Shown: in pieces, positions 1 to 11,661 of the stretch
How the letters are laid out: the number at the start of each line of letters is the position of its first letter
Position numbering within the stretch: position 1 is the first letter of the stretch
Assembly (NCBI RefSeq): GCF_006345805.1
Contig: NW_021833337.1
Location: 1 to 27,480, forward strand
Direction of reading: 5' to 3'
Origin: Octopus sinensis
Taxonomy: Eukaryota
DNA length: 27,480 nt
The notes under the pieces: generated by a model
The model's input: the letters and a program-made list of their open reading frames with translations, nothing else
What the model was told of the DNA's origin: nothing
Database searches by the model: none
Made by a program: the position numbers and the translations under genes

Positions 1-11
1 GAGAGTCAGAC

Positions 12-61
12 AGTGAAAGAGAGAGAGAGAGAGATAGCGTGTGTGTGTGTCAGTGTGTGTA

Positions 62-97
<36 letters not shown>

Positions 98-141
98 TAA
101 TATATGAAAACAAGATGAGAAAGAAAGAAAGAAAGAAGGAC

Positions 142-172
<31 letters not shown>

Positions 173-200
173 AAAAGAAAGAAAGAAAGAAGACCAACGA
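12..200. repeat. Compound microsatellite (GA)n/(GT)n/(AAAG)n
   Basis: Directly visible tandem di- and tetranucleotide runs. Confidence 0.95.
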
Positions 201-489
201 ACAAACGAAAGCGAGGCAGAGTAAAAGTTTAATCCTTGAAAATTTTGAAAGGACATCAATGGGAAGTTTTATTAACTTTTATAAACTTCCAAGTTATTTG
301 CCAAAAGCTTCAAAAATATGGCAACAGAATTCCAACACACGCACACACACACACACACGCACACACACACGCACACACCAACACACACACGCATAGAGAG
401 AGATATAAAATTTCATTTTTCGCTTTTTAAATAAAGATGTAATCTGAGAATTTTATTATTATTAAGATTGTTATTATGCTTTATGTATT

Positions 490-494
490 ATGGG

Positions 495-539
<45 letters not shown>

Positions 540-704
540 GTTGTTATTGTTGTGGTTGTTGTTCTTTTTTTTTAAAACTCCAAGTAAAAGGGGACTTGAG
601 ATAAAACTTAATAGGATAATGTTTATCTGAACGGCAGTAAATACATGTACATACAATATATACGCAAACAAACTAATGAAATATATATATATATATATAA
701 TATA

Positions 705-737
<33 letters not shown>

Positions 738-790
738 ATATATATATAACATATATTATATATATATATATCATATATATACATACTATA

Positions 791-850
<60 letters not shown>

Positions 851-1001
851 CATACATACATACACACATATATATATATATATATTATATTTATAATATA
901 TACATGAATGTATACATATATAAATGTGGTGTATCTATATGCAGGCATATGTAATAGAGTTTTTATACATGTACTATATATATATATATATATATATATG
1001 T

Positions 1002-1049
<48 letters not shown>

Positions 1050-1050
1050 A
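490..1050. repeat. Microsatellites (TTA)n/(TTG)n, long (TA)n and (GA)n
   Basis: Directly visible. Confidence 0.95.
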
Positions 1051-1177
1051 AGATTGAGAGAGCTACATGAAGATAACATATAAAGACATATACACATATA
1101 CGTATATGTACACGTATATTGTCGTTAAAGGGGCACGAAGATATCTGGATGGATACGAATATATCTAATACGTGTTC

Positions 1178-1215
<38 letters not shown>

Positions 1216-1369
1216 ACACAAACACGCACGCACACACACACAAATGTGTGCGTGTATATATTGATATATACACATACTAGTTGACATTAAGGGGCACATA
1301 GATTATAGATAAATATCAAAATGTACGTGTGTGTATGTGTGTATATATATGTGAGTATATATATATTTA

Positions 1370-1515
1370 CATACATATACATACATACGTACATACACAC
1401 ACACACGTATATATATATATATATATCTATATATATATATATATATATATATATCTATATACATAGCCTAGAAATTGTATAGATAGGAACCCTTCCTGCC
1501 CATTGCAGATAATTT

Positions 1516-1580
<65 letters not shown>

Positions 1581-1609
1581 CATATATATATACATATATA
1601 ATATATATC

Positions 1610-1645
<36 letters not shown>

Positions 1646-1724
1646 CATACATACTACATATATAAACATACATATAATATATATGTATATATGTGTATAT
1701 ATTATATACACATACATGTATATA

Positions 1725-1755
<31 letters not shown>

Positions 1756-1790
1756 ATAATACATATATATATATATATATATATATATGC
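1370..1790. repeat. (TA)n-rich microsatellite block with a short unique island (~1460-1520)
   Basis: Directly visible. Confidence 0.95.
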
Positions 1791-2014
1791 TTATGCATTC
1801 ATCTACGTGTATGTACATGTGTGTGTGTTGTGTGTATATAAGTATAAATAATGATGCAAATCCCGGGGTTTTGTAATGTTTATTCTGTTTTAATAAAGAT
1901 TCCTCCCTTTGATCCTGGCCCAACCCCCCGCCAACCCCCTTAAGTAGTTCTAGCTGCGATTTCCATAATTCTCCTCTTTAAAAATCATTTCGTTTCACTT
2001 CCACTTTCAGTAGA

Positions 2015-2058
2015 TGATTATCATCATCGTTATCACCATCGTCGTCGTCGTCGTCGTC

Positions 2059-2102
<44 letters not shown>

Positions 2103-2333
2103 TATCATCATCATCATCATCATCATCATCATCGTTATCATCGTCACCATCATCATCATCATCGTTATCTCCATCGTCGTCGTCGTCGTCATCATCATCA
2201 TCATCATCATCATCAGTATCATTATCACCAGCATCATCCTTATCATTTTTTCCTCCTCGTCTGTAATGAATTATTTTCATCAAAATGCTGCCGCTGTTGT
2301 TGCTATCGCTTCTGCTGCTGCTGCTGCTGCCAT

Positions 2334-2383
<50 letters not shown>

Positions 2384-2385
2384 AC

Positions 2386-2417
<32 letters not shown>
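2015..2417. repeat. (CAT)n/(CGT)n array followed by (CTA)n(ATA)n abutting a SINE 3' end
   Basis: Directly visible; source of the poly-D/poly-I ORFs in the track. Confidence 0.95.
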
Positions 2418-2582
2418 CTTTTCTACTCTAGGCACAAGACGCGAAATTTTGGGGTGAGGAGCCAGTCGATTAGATCGACTCCTGTACGAAACTGGTACTT
2501 AATATATCGCCCCCGAAAGGTCGAAAGCTAAAGTCGACCCCGGCGGAATTTGATCTCAAAATGTAAAGACAGAGGAAATACC
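2418..2582 (-). mobile_element. tRNA-derived SINE family A, 5'-truncated copy
   Basis: Shares the core ctggtactta..tatcg.ccccgaaagg..aaag..aaagtcgacc.cggcggaatttga with 3640-3720; alternative tail (ctactctaggcacaag...). Confidence 0.85.
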
Positions 2583-2583
2583 C

Positions 2584-2657
2584 ATTTCTTTACTACCCAC
2601 AAGGGGCTAAACACAGAGAGGACAAACAAGGATAGACAAACGGATTAAGTCGATTAT
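2584..2657 (-). mobile_element. SINE family A 3' tail fragment
   Basis: atttctttactacccacaaggggctaaacacagag...ggattaagtcgattat nearly identical to 3557-3626. Confidence 0.85.
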
Positions 2658-3199
2658 TACGCTGGGTGGGGTAAGGTGGAAAATCCGGGGTTTTGTTATT
2701 TGATATTGTTTTTTTTCAAATAAAAACTTGTCACTGGGTCCCGGACATTTGTCTGCCTGCAGTCGCGCTAAGTAACTCACTTAGCTGTGAGAATTGCGTT
2801 ATTTTGGGGGCGTGTATTACCTCCCCCCAAAAATGTTGTGAAATTCGTGGAATTGTACCAACAGGTGGAGCTCCGTTCCTGCTGGTGGATTACCCTAGGC
2901 CAGGAGTACTGTCGGCTGGAGTTGTGCTTTATTGAATTTTAATGTTTTGAACTGTTTTCTTCCTTTCTGCTGTCTTCTTTTTTGTTTATTCTTCGGACAT
3001 ATATTCAAATCTTGTGTTTGACATTTTTTTTGGACTTAAAACATGGCAAAGAAAGCTGATAAGGTGTTGGTGTGGGTAATTGCCCCACCCAAACAGTGGA
3101 TAAAAAGTCATGAGGAAAGGACGGTGGTACTGCGGACGTACTCCAAGTCGCTCGACACACTCACCCTCTTCAGAATACACACCAACTATAATACATGCC

Positions 3200-3235
3200 A
3201 ACTACTGCTACGACTACTACTACTACTACTACTAT

Positions 3236-3303
<68 letters not shown>

Positions 3304-3315
3304 TTACTACTACTA
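3200..3315. repeat. (CTA)n microsatellite
   Basis: Directly visible. Confidence 0.95.
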
Positions 3316-3319
3316 ATGA

Positions 3320-3495
3320 GTAAGCCTCTTCGAGGTGGTTGCAACTGTTAGAAAGGGCAGCGAAATTTTTCCTTAAATCACATACTCATACCGGTTTAAA
3401 AAGACAATAATTAAAGACGAAAATGTCACGGCTGGAAAGTCTTATATCTTACCACTGATTAATCAAAGGATCTGACATTTGGCTAATCGAAAAAA
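3320..3495 (+). mobile_element. Degenerate SINE-like family D 3' portion
   Basis: Shares motifs (ggctggaaag..tt, gatcata, gcagcc..atctccc) with 13520-13680, 16745-16805 (rc), 18530-18605 and 25585-25655 (rc); family identity from recall only. Confidence 0.5.
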
Positions 3496-3555
3496 ACAAA
3501 CAAATATACAAAAAACACGACTCGCACAACTAACGCACCTCCAACAGCCACTACC

Positions 3556-3788
3556 TATTTCTTTACTACCCACATGGGGCTAAACACAGAGACAAACAAG
3601 GACAGACAGACGGATTAAGTCGATTATATCGACCCCAGTGCGTAACTGGTACTTAATGTATCGACCCCGAAAGGATGAAAGGCAAAGTCGACCTCGGCTG
3701 AATTTGAACTCAGAACGTACCAGCAGACGAAATACGGCTACGCATTTCGCCCGGAGTGCTAGCGTTTCTGCCAGCTCGCCGCCTTACA
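3556..3788 (-). mobile_element. Full-length tRNA-derived SINE family A with 16-bp TSD
   Basis: Minus strand starts GGCGGCGAGCTGGCAGAAA (A-box-like) and has GAGTTCAAATTC (B-box). TSD tccaacagccactacc at 3540-3555 and 3789-3804. Confidence 0.92.
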
Positions 3789-3794
3789 TCCAAC

Positions 3795-3890
3795 AGCCAC
3801 TACCACCACAACCACCACCACTACCATCACTACCACCATCACCACCACCACATCTACTAAAACTGCTGCTGCTGCTGTTACTGCTGTCAT

Positions 3891-3928
<38 letters not shown>

Positions 3929-4238
3929 TTGCTACTACTACTACTACTACTACTTCCACTATTACGGTTACTACTACTACTACTACTGCTATTGCCATAG
4001 TGCCATTAATTGACTATATCAGTTTCCTCTTGGGTGGCCATAAATGGCAACGAAATATTATTTCTAACTAATATTTTCCCAAATGATGGTAGCATTACGT
4101 GTTATGTCTTTATCCAGTCAGAAGAGAATTGGACAGGAAGACGCGAGCTGATATGGAACACCATAGACACACACAACCATACCTACATACATACATACAT
4201 ACATACATACATACATACATACATACATACATACATAC

Positions 4239-4294
<56 letters not shown>

Positions 4295-4632
4295 GTATGT
4301 GTGTGTGTATATATACATTTCTATGTCGGTATATGTATATAAATATGAACCAATATATTATACATGTGTATTTTATATATATATATATATACGTACATGT
4401 ATAGAATGTGCGTACATGCATATATATAACTATGTATATGTTTGTATATAAATACATATACGTATATATGTATATATATTTATATAATATGAACATATGT
4501 ATACGCAATATATATACATACATATTATATATTATACACACACACAAATATACATACATGTTTATATACATATATGTATGTATATATGTGTATGCATGTG
4601 TATGTTTTTATATATACGTATATATATATATG

Positions 4633-4720
<88 letters not shown>
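3795..4720. repeat. (CCA)n/(CTA)n then (ATAC)n/(TA)n/(GT)n microsatellites around a ~170-bp unique island
   Basis: Directly visible. Confidence 0.9.
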
Positions 4721-4728
4721 TTGTATAT

Positions 4729-4950
4729 TGTTTTACTTGTTTCTGCCCTTTGACTGCGGCCATGCTGGAGCACCGCCTTTAATCGAACACATCGACCCCA
4801 CGACTTATTCTTTGTAAGCATAGTACTTAATCAATCGGTGTCTTTTGTCGAATCGCTAGATTACAGGGACGTAAACACACCAACAGCGGTGTGAAGTGAT
4901 GGTGGGAGGACAAACATAGACACACCAACACATATAGACATATACCAACG
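4729..4950 (-). mobile_element. SINE family B, 3' two-thirds
   Basis: ttgactgcggccatgctggagcaccgcc...gggacgtaaacacacc...ggacaaaca; recalled as an abundant octopus repeat; the gcggccatgctgg.gcacc motif recurs inverted at 7060-7081. Confidence 0.7.
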
Positions 4951-4994
4951 GGAAGCACGAGATCGACGCTACCATCGCCAAATACGTCAACGGA

Positions 4995-5540
4995 CTAGAA
5001 CCAGCACCAGAACCAGAACCGGCACCGTGACCACCACCATCGCCACCACCAACACCACTACCGCCATGACCACCACCACCAGCACCACAACCAGTACCAT
5101 CACCATCATCATCAGCAACACAACCATCACATCCATCACCACCACCACCATCACCACTACCATCACTACCACCACCACCACTACCACCACCAGAATCACA
5201 ACTAGCATCACCACCACCATCACCACTACCATCACTACCACCACCACCATCACCACCACCATCACCACCACCACCACCACCACCACCACCACTACACACT
5301 GCAGAAGCACTGCCACTACCACCATTATTACTATCACCACCACAAACGCAAGGAACACCAGCACAAACAACAGCGCTAAGGTCATCATTAACACCACCAC
5401 CACCACTACTATCACCACAACCACTACCACTACCCCTACTGCTACCACCACCACCACCATCATCACCACTACTACCACCACAACCGTCACCAAACGGCAT
5501 TCTGTACACAACCAAAATGGCAACAAAACACAACACATAT

Positions 5541-5626
<86 letters not shown>

Positions 5627-5640
5627 CTGCTACTGCTGCT
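4995..5640. repeat. Degenerate (CCA/CTA)n array ending in (CTA)n(TAG)n
   Basis: Directly visible. Confidence 0.95.
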
Positions 5641-5809
5641 GCTGGAAATGATATAGCTATGACGACAGAAACTCCTCATATAGTCGAGATATTAATTATC
5701 TGAATGTAAGAACTATTTTGGTTGATGGCGACTTTTTATACCCAGGAGAAACGTCTCGTGTGCGACTGCGCAGAAAACATTATCATCTTTTTCGTTTTCT
5801 TTGTATACA

Positions 5810-5952
5810 TACATAAATACATGCATACATACATACATACATACATACATACATACATACACACAAACACATATATATGTGTTTTATGTGTGCATGTATA
5901 TATATAAATACACATATATACATACATGTGTGTATATACACATATGCATACT

Positions 5953-6017
<65 letters not shown>

Positions 6018-6133
6018 GATATATATATATATATAATACTCAGATATGGTAATTATGTTCATATGCACGTACAGAGGCTTGTATGCATACACGCACACAT
6101 ATATGTATGTATATATATGTGGTTTGTGTGTGA

Positions 6134-6164
<31 letters not shown>

Positions 6165-6281
6165 ATATTTATATATATATATACAGCTCTTATATTTATA
6201 TGAACAAATATTCTATACACAGGTATATGCGCGCGCGCAACGCACACACACACACTTATATAGACATTAATGGATGCATAC

Positions 6282-6319
<38 letters not shown>

Positions 6320-6383
6320 CACACAATACATACATACATACATTTATATATATATGTATATATATGCATACATTTATATATAA

Positions 6384-6419
<36 letters not shown>

Positions 6420-7259
6420 GTAAATACGTTTATGGATATGCATATATCTACATACATACACACACACATACACATATATGCACAATGTGTAGAGGGGTTT
6501 TTGTACAAGTGTTGCATGTATGTATGTATGCCCCTATGTGGACATACATGTGTGGTTGTATGCGTGTGCGTATGAATAAGGATTTATTCGTGTATATATT
6601 CATAAACGCATGTATTTATTTGTACGTGTGTTTATGTACATATACATGCAGACACACATATACATAGGTATATATATATATGCGTGTGTGTCTGTGTGTA
6701 TATGTGTTTGTGTGTGTATATATGACTATGGGCATGAATGTATGTATATGCATAATTTTCTAATTATATATATATCCACATATGCATATATATATGTACC
6801 TATGAATGTGTGTATATGTGAAGAGATATATGCATATATAGATGTAACTATATACTTGCATGGATGTATACGAAATATGTATGAATATAAACATATATAT
6901 GATATACGGAAACCTTACTCATATGATTCTCTGAGTGTGTGTGTGTGTGTGTGTCTTTGTGCGTATGAACGTGTGTGTGTAGATATACACATATATGTAT
7001 GTATTATATATTCAAAGGTGCTTGCGTGCATTTAGTAATATATATATATGCATACAGCGGTGGTGCCCCAGCATGGCCGCGGCCTTCGGGCTAAAACATT
7101 TTAAAGGATTTTTTAAGGATTTATACATATTTATGTATGTATGTGTAATAATTCTGACTGTTCGTATGTATACTTCTCACACACACACACGTATTATATA
7201 TAAATATATATAATACCTACAAACATATATAATATATATATATATATATTATATATATC

Positions 7260-7311
<52 letters not shown>

Positions 7312-7319
7312 GACACACA

Positions 7320-7368
<49 letters not shown>

Positions 7369-7400
7369 GTTGTATGTATATATGTATGTGTGCATGTGTA
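5810..7400. repeat. Extended degenerate (TA)/(CA)/(ATAC)/(CT) microsatellite zone
   Basis: Directly visible. Confidence 0.9.
7053..7115 (+). mobile_element. SINE tail fragment related to family B
   Basis: ggtgccccagcatggccgc is the near reverse complement of gcggccatgctggagcacc at 4757-4775. Confidence 0.55.
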
Positions 7401-7541
7401 TATATTGGAGAACTTTAAATTATTATGTATTTACGATTTTCTAGAAGTGTGTTTAATATGTAAATTGTTCTAACCAACAGCATTACACTTCTAAACTTAG
7501 TCAGTATTCAAAGAAAACGATCGTGGATAGCTAATGGATTG

Positions 7542-7591
7542 GATGTATTACCGACGAAAGAACAATCACTCCTGAAATACGTATATACATC
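7542..7591 (+). ncRNA. Degenerate hammerhead ribozyme remnant
   Basis: GATGTA-tta-CCGACGA-aagaa-caatca-ctcct-GAAAT-acgt-ATA-TACATC: 6-bp stem I and palindromic stem III, but U4>C, a 3-nt insertion and a damaged stem II. Confidence 0.4.
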
Positions 7592-8321
7592 AATTAACTA
7601 TTTGTCGTCGATCGCATTGTTTCCACAAACGTGTTCGTATAAGAAACATCGCAACTTTCAGCGTTGGCTCTAAATTCTATTGAAATATCTGTAGAGAGAA
7701 CTTAAAAATGACTCAATCGCACTGCTAACAAAATACATAAACACACTATTGATTTAACCTTTAATTTATTTGATAGTTTACTATGGCTGCTAAACAAAAT
7801 ACGCCTATATACGCACGTAAAGATATATACATGCATACACACGCAGAATTGCATTTATATCTATATAAATGGAGATTGGTTCTTATTTGCATTAAACCAG
7901 CAACGGCTTATGGCTTGCGTTGCTGTTAGCATTTCTGGAAATTTCAAAATGAGCACTGCTTGATATTATAATTGGATTCAAATTCATTTTCATCAATTAT
8001 GTACGTTAATTACGTAATTATAGAATTAATTATGCTTATCTTTAACGAAACGGTTGCTGAAAATAATTTAATCCTAACTTATCTGTGAAATTAGTGCTCT
8101 CTCTCACACACACACACACACATAAATATATATGTATATGTATGTATGTATGTATGTATCTATGTATGTATGTATGTATGTATGTATATATGCATGCATG
8201 TATGTATATATGTATGTATGTATATATGTATATATATATAGATATATACATATATATATATGTATATATATATGTATGTATATATATATATATATGTGTA
8301 TATATATATATACATATACAT

Positions 8322-8356
<35 letters not shown>

Positions 8357-8378
8357 GGCACTCATACACAAACGCACA

Positions 8379-9256
8379 CAGAGGTTGCGATAGGTAAGTT
8401 GTCGCCATTTTATATTTTTAATTTCTTGCATGTGCATTGCTTATTTTTTATTTTGTCGACTATACAGTATAGTAGGTTAAGTTGGGTACCGTCTTTGAGA
8501 AAAAAAACAATACCCTGACGCAATTTACTCTACCAGAAATTTGGAAACGACTTGTTATCCTGCTTGGTATCGCACCGGAAGTTCCAATACGGACATTTCA
8601 GAGTGTTTGGGTGTCAATCTGAGGATTGTGCAATTTGAGGATATGTACCCAGAATGATAAAGATCTAACATCCAGTCAACATTATGGTTTGAAGTTATGA
8701 CTAGAGACGGTGACATTATATTCCCCCACCTCAGACTCAACACGGGGCCTACATGAACTGCCTGGAGTAGGTGGTGCTGCCCTGAGTTAAGAGGATGGCT
8801 GCTGGAAGACCCTATGTCTTGCAACAAGATTCTGCACCATGCCACAGAAGCAGGAGAACCCAGTCATGACTGTCAGACAATTTCTTCGACCACATCACCC
8901 CTAATATCTGGCCACCTAACTCCCCAGACTGCAACCCCTTGATAATTATGTGTGGGGCGCATTTGAGCGAAAGATCAACAAAACTCCTTGCAACACAAAA
9001 GATGAACTGAAGACGAGGACTATGGTAGCATTGGCCAACTTAAACAGGAAGACCGCCCAGAAGAGAAGCAGTAGATTCTGAAGCCGTCTGGAGGCCGAGA
9101 TTGAAGCCAAGAGCGATTTTATTGAATATATTTATTCTTTAGTATTTCGAGGTATTTTTGTGAAATTTTGTTTACTATATCTGTTAAAATGAGATGTCAG
9201 TGTTATTTTGAGTCTTGCGTAATTTAGACGGTCAGCTTATTATTCACCGCACCCTG
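8379..9256 (+). mobile_element. Internally deleted DD37D (maT family) Tc1/mariner transposon, pseudogenised
   Basis: N-terminus LTQFTLPEIWKR...DISECLGVNLRIVQ (~8516-8634) is fused to HPVNIMV...AAGRPYVLQQDSAPCHRSRRTQS*LSDNFFDHITPNIWPPNSPDCNP(fs)D...DFIE (to ~9126). There are 37 residues between D (8828) and D (8941) after fixing a 1-nt deletion. Right end ...gcaccctg; degenerate left TIR cagaggttgcg. Confidence 0.9.
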
Positions 9257-9312
9257 CATATATATATATAGTTCTAGTCCAGTAGAAGCTCCTTCTATAA
9301 AATAAATAAATA

Positions 9313-9379
<67 letters not shown>

Positions 9380-9469
9380 ATATATACACGCACACATATA
9401 TATAATATACACACACACACACACACACATATATAAATATATATTTATATATATATATATATACATACA

Positions 9470-9507
9470 TTTTCTTTCACCCAAAACCAGGAATTTTTAG
9501 CACCCAT
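9470..9507 (+). mobile_element. Isolated right-end fragment of the mariner MITE
   Basis: ttttctttcacccaaaaccaggaatttttagcaccc matches 9897-9935 and 21418-21450. Confidence 0.6.
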
Positions 9508-9740
9508 ACATACATACATACGTACATACATTCATACATACATACATACATACATTCATACATACATACATACATATGAGTGGGTACAGAAAAGCTCCTG
9601 GCTTTAAGGATATCACGAAAGCCTTGTTGGAGGCCCAGCATTCCAAGTTCTTTTACAGGTCGTAACAATTTCTGAAGAACCGCTACAATTACTGTATGAA
9701 TCTAAGGAGGGAAATATGTTGAATAAAACCATGATTATTT

Positions 9741-9882
9741 CGGCCAAAGTTCTTTCGTCACACTTCTGTGACCTCATCAGTGATCCTTTGCTTTCTTATC
9801 CTTTGCTTTCTTCTTTCTTATTTGTGTGTCTCTCCCTAATAACGGTCAGCCGAAATAAGATTAAGATTAATGTAAAAAATGA
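9741..9882 (-). mobile_element. 142-bp retro-insertion with 16-bp TSD carrying a hammerhead motif
   Basis: TSD aaaaccatgattattt at 9725-9740 and 9883-9898. Confidence 0.85.
9742..9786 (-). ncRNA. Type I hammerhead ribozyme motif (imperfect stem I)
   Basis: GGAUCA-CUGAUGA-G-GUCACA-gaag-UGUGAC-GAAAG-aa-CUU/UGGCC; predicted cleavage between 9747 and 9746. Confidence 0.6.
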
Positions 9883-10304
9883 AAAACCATGATTATTTTC
9901 TTTTGTCCAAAGCCAGGAATTTTCAGTAATCCCCTCGTATTATGGGCTATTGTAAGTGATTATTTATTTATAAGTTTTAAACAGATGAAGCAAACGATAA
10001 TCAATGCATAAAATAGAGTTTGAATATTTTCGTAGCCTCTCAAGATATTAGACTCGATATACCGAGTTTCATGTTCCCGATTGGCACGAGTTATTGGCAA
10101 CATGTAAATTTGAATTTGTAATTGAGGAAAAATGTTAGAAATTTTGAGCGCATTTCGGGTACTCGATATCGCTAAAGTTAGCCCTTGATTGGTTCAGCAT
10201 TTTCTTTCGTACTTTTGGGAATAAAACGCAGCGTTGACTTGAAATCGCATCGTAATGGGCCGGGACAAAATACTTCAGTGCACTTTTCTTTCCACCTTTA
10301 ATCC

Positions 10305-10596
10305 TTCCTTATAAAGGCACAAGAACTGAAATTTGGAAGGGAAGGATTTAATCAGAATCCAACCACGATGGTCGAGTGGAAGAATAGAGAAGTATGGAAG
10401 ACAAGAAAGAAAGTGAAAAAAGGAAAGATGGATGCGGAAAAGAGACAAAAACAAGTAAAACGATGATATTCAAGAGAAGTGACTCATCTGGTACTTATTC
10501 CATCGAACCGAAAAGGATATAGGCAAAGTCGTCTTTGGCAGAATTCGAACTCAGAACCTGAAGACGGACAAAATGCTACTAAACCTTTCGCACCAC
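10305..10596 (-). mobile_element. SINE family A copy interrupted by a 136-bp non-SINE segment
   Basis: Tail aggcacaag..tgaaattt (10315-10334) and core ctggtacttattccatcgaaccgaaaagga...gaattcgaactcagaac (10488-10558). Confidence 0.75.
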
Positions 10597-10619
10597 GTTT
10601 AATAAAACTTATAATAATA

Positions 10620-10806
10620 GTTGCAAATTTCCGAACAAGGCCAGCAATTTCGGGTGAGTGTGTAATTCAAATACATTGACTCCATCGCTGAACAGGAACT
10701 TAGTTTATCGACCACGAAAGGGTAAAGGGCAAAAAAAAAAATCGATCTCCGCCAGAAAGTGTCGGTAAGCATTTTCTCCGACGCATTAACGATTCTCACA
10801 GCCCAC
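10620..10806 (-). mobile_element. Diverged SINE family A copy
   Basis: caaggccagcaatttcggg...tttatcgaccacgaaaggg...taagcattttctccgacgcattaacgattct. Confidence 0.7.
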
Positions 10807-10807
10807 T

Positions 10808-10880
<73 letters not shown>

Positions 10881-10888
10881 GGCTGCTG

Positions 10889-10931
<43 letters not shown>

Positions 10932-10965
10932 AACTACTACTACTGCTGCTGCTGCTGCTACTACT
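10808..10965. repeat. Alternating (CTA)n/(CTG)n blocks
   Basis: Directly visible. Confidence 0.95.
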
Positions 10966-11329
10966 TCTGATAATTCTCGGCTCTTATGCCGTTCTGTAAT
11001 TTCTGCCGACCAAAAATAATATACATACATATATGTTCATACACACACACAAACATACACGCACACACACATATAGATATATATACACACGTACATATAT
11101 ATCTTTATGTATCTATATATGTATATATATATACACACGCACGCATATATATATATATATAAATATATATAATATATATATATGCAACCACATATTTACA
11201 ACGTAGTCTTCAAATTCCAGTCACGTTTGAACTATCACCCGCTCTCTTTTCTCCTTTATTTACCGATTCTGCTGCCCTATCATTGATACGCTTCTCTTTA
11301 ATTTTTCTATTTATAATCTTTACTTTTCT

Positions 11330-11351
11330 ATCTATCTATACGTTTCTCTGC

Positions 11352-11435
<84 letters not shown>

Positions 11436-11576
11436 ATATCTATCTATCTTTCTATTTATCTATCTATTTATTTATCTATCTATCTTTCTGTCTGTCTGTC
11501 TATCTATCTATCTGTCTGTCTGTCTATCTATCTGTCTATCCATCCATCCATCCATCCATCCACCATCCCTTCCTCC

Positions 11577-11660
<84 letters not shown>
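11330..11660. repeat. (TCTA)n/(TCTG)n/(TCCA)n tetranucleotide array
   Basis: Directly visible. Confidence 0.95.

Positions 11661-11661
<1 letters not shown>

Larger units (their letters stand above)
9577..9937 (+). mobile_element. Mariner-derived MITE interrupted by a 142-bp insertion
   Basis: TA flanks (9575-76, 9938-39); TIR-like ends tgagtgggtacagaaaagctcctggcttt / aaagccaggaattttcagtaatcccctcg; colinear with the copy at 21250-21455. Confidence 0.85.

Noticed and set aside
4010-4165. Unique island reading AINGNEILFLTNIFPNDGSITCYVFIQSEENWTGRRELIWNT
   Set aside because: No recognisable family and no convincing splice-site pair; could be chance
5658-5760. Hammerhead-like words (atgacgac...gtcgagat; ttgatgg...gaaacgtc)
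   Set aside because: Multiple core mismatches and no pairing stem I
7898-7925. Hairpin cagcaacg/cgttgctg as a miRNA precursor
   Set aside because: Only an 8-bp stem, too short for a pre-miRNA; no conserved mature miRNA recognised
10000-10290. CpG-containing unique block with two reverse CCAAT boxes as a promoter
   Set aside because: Short motifs expected by chance; no downstream exon evidence
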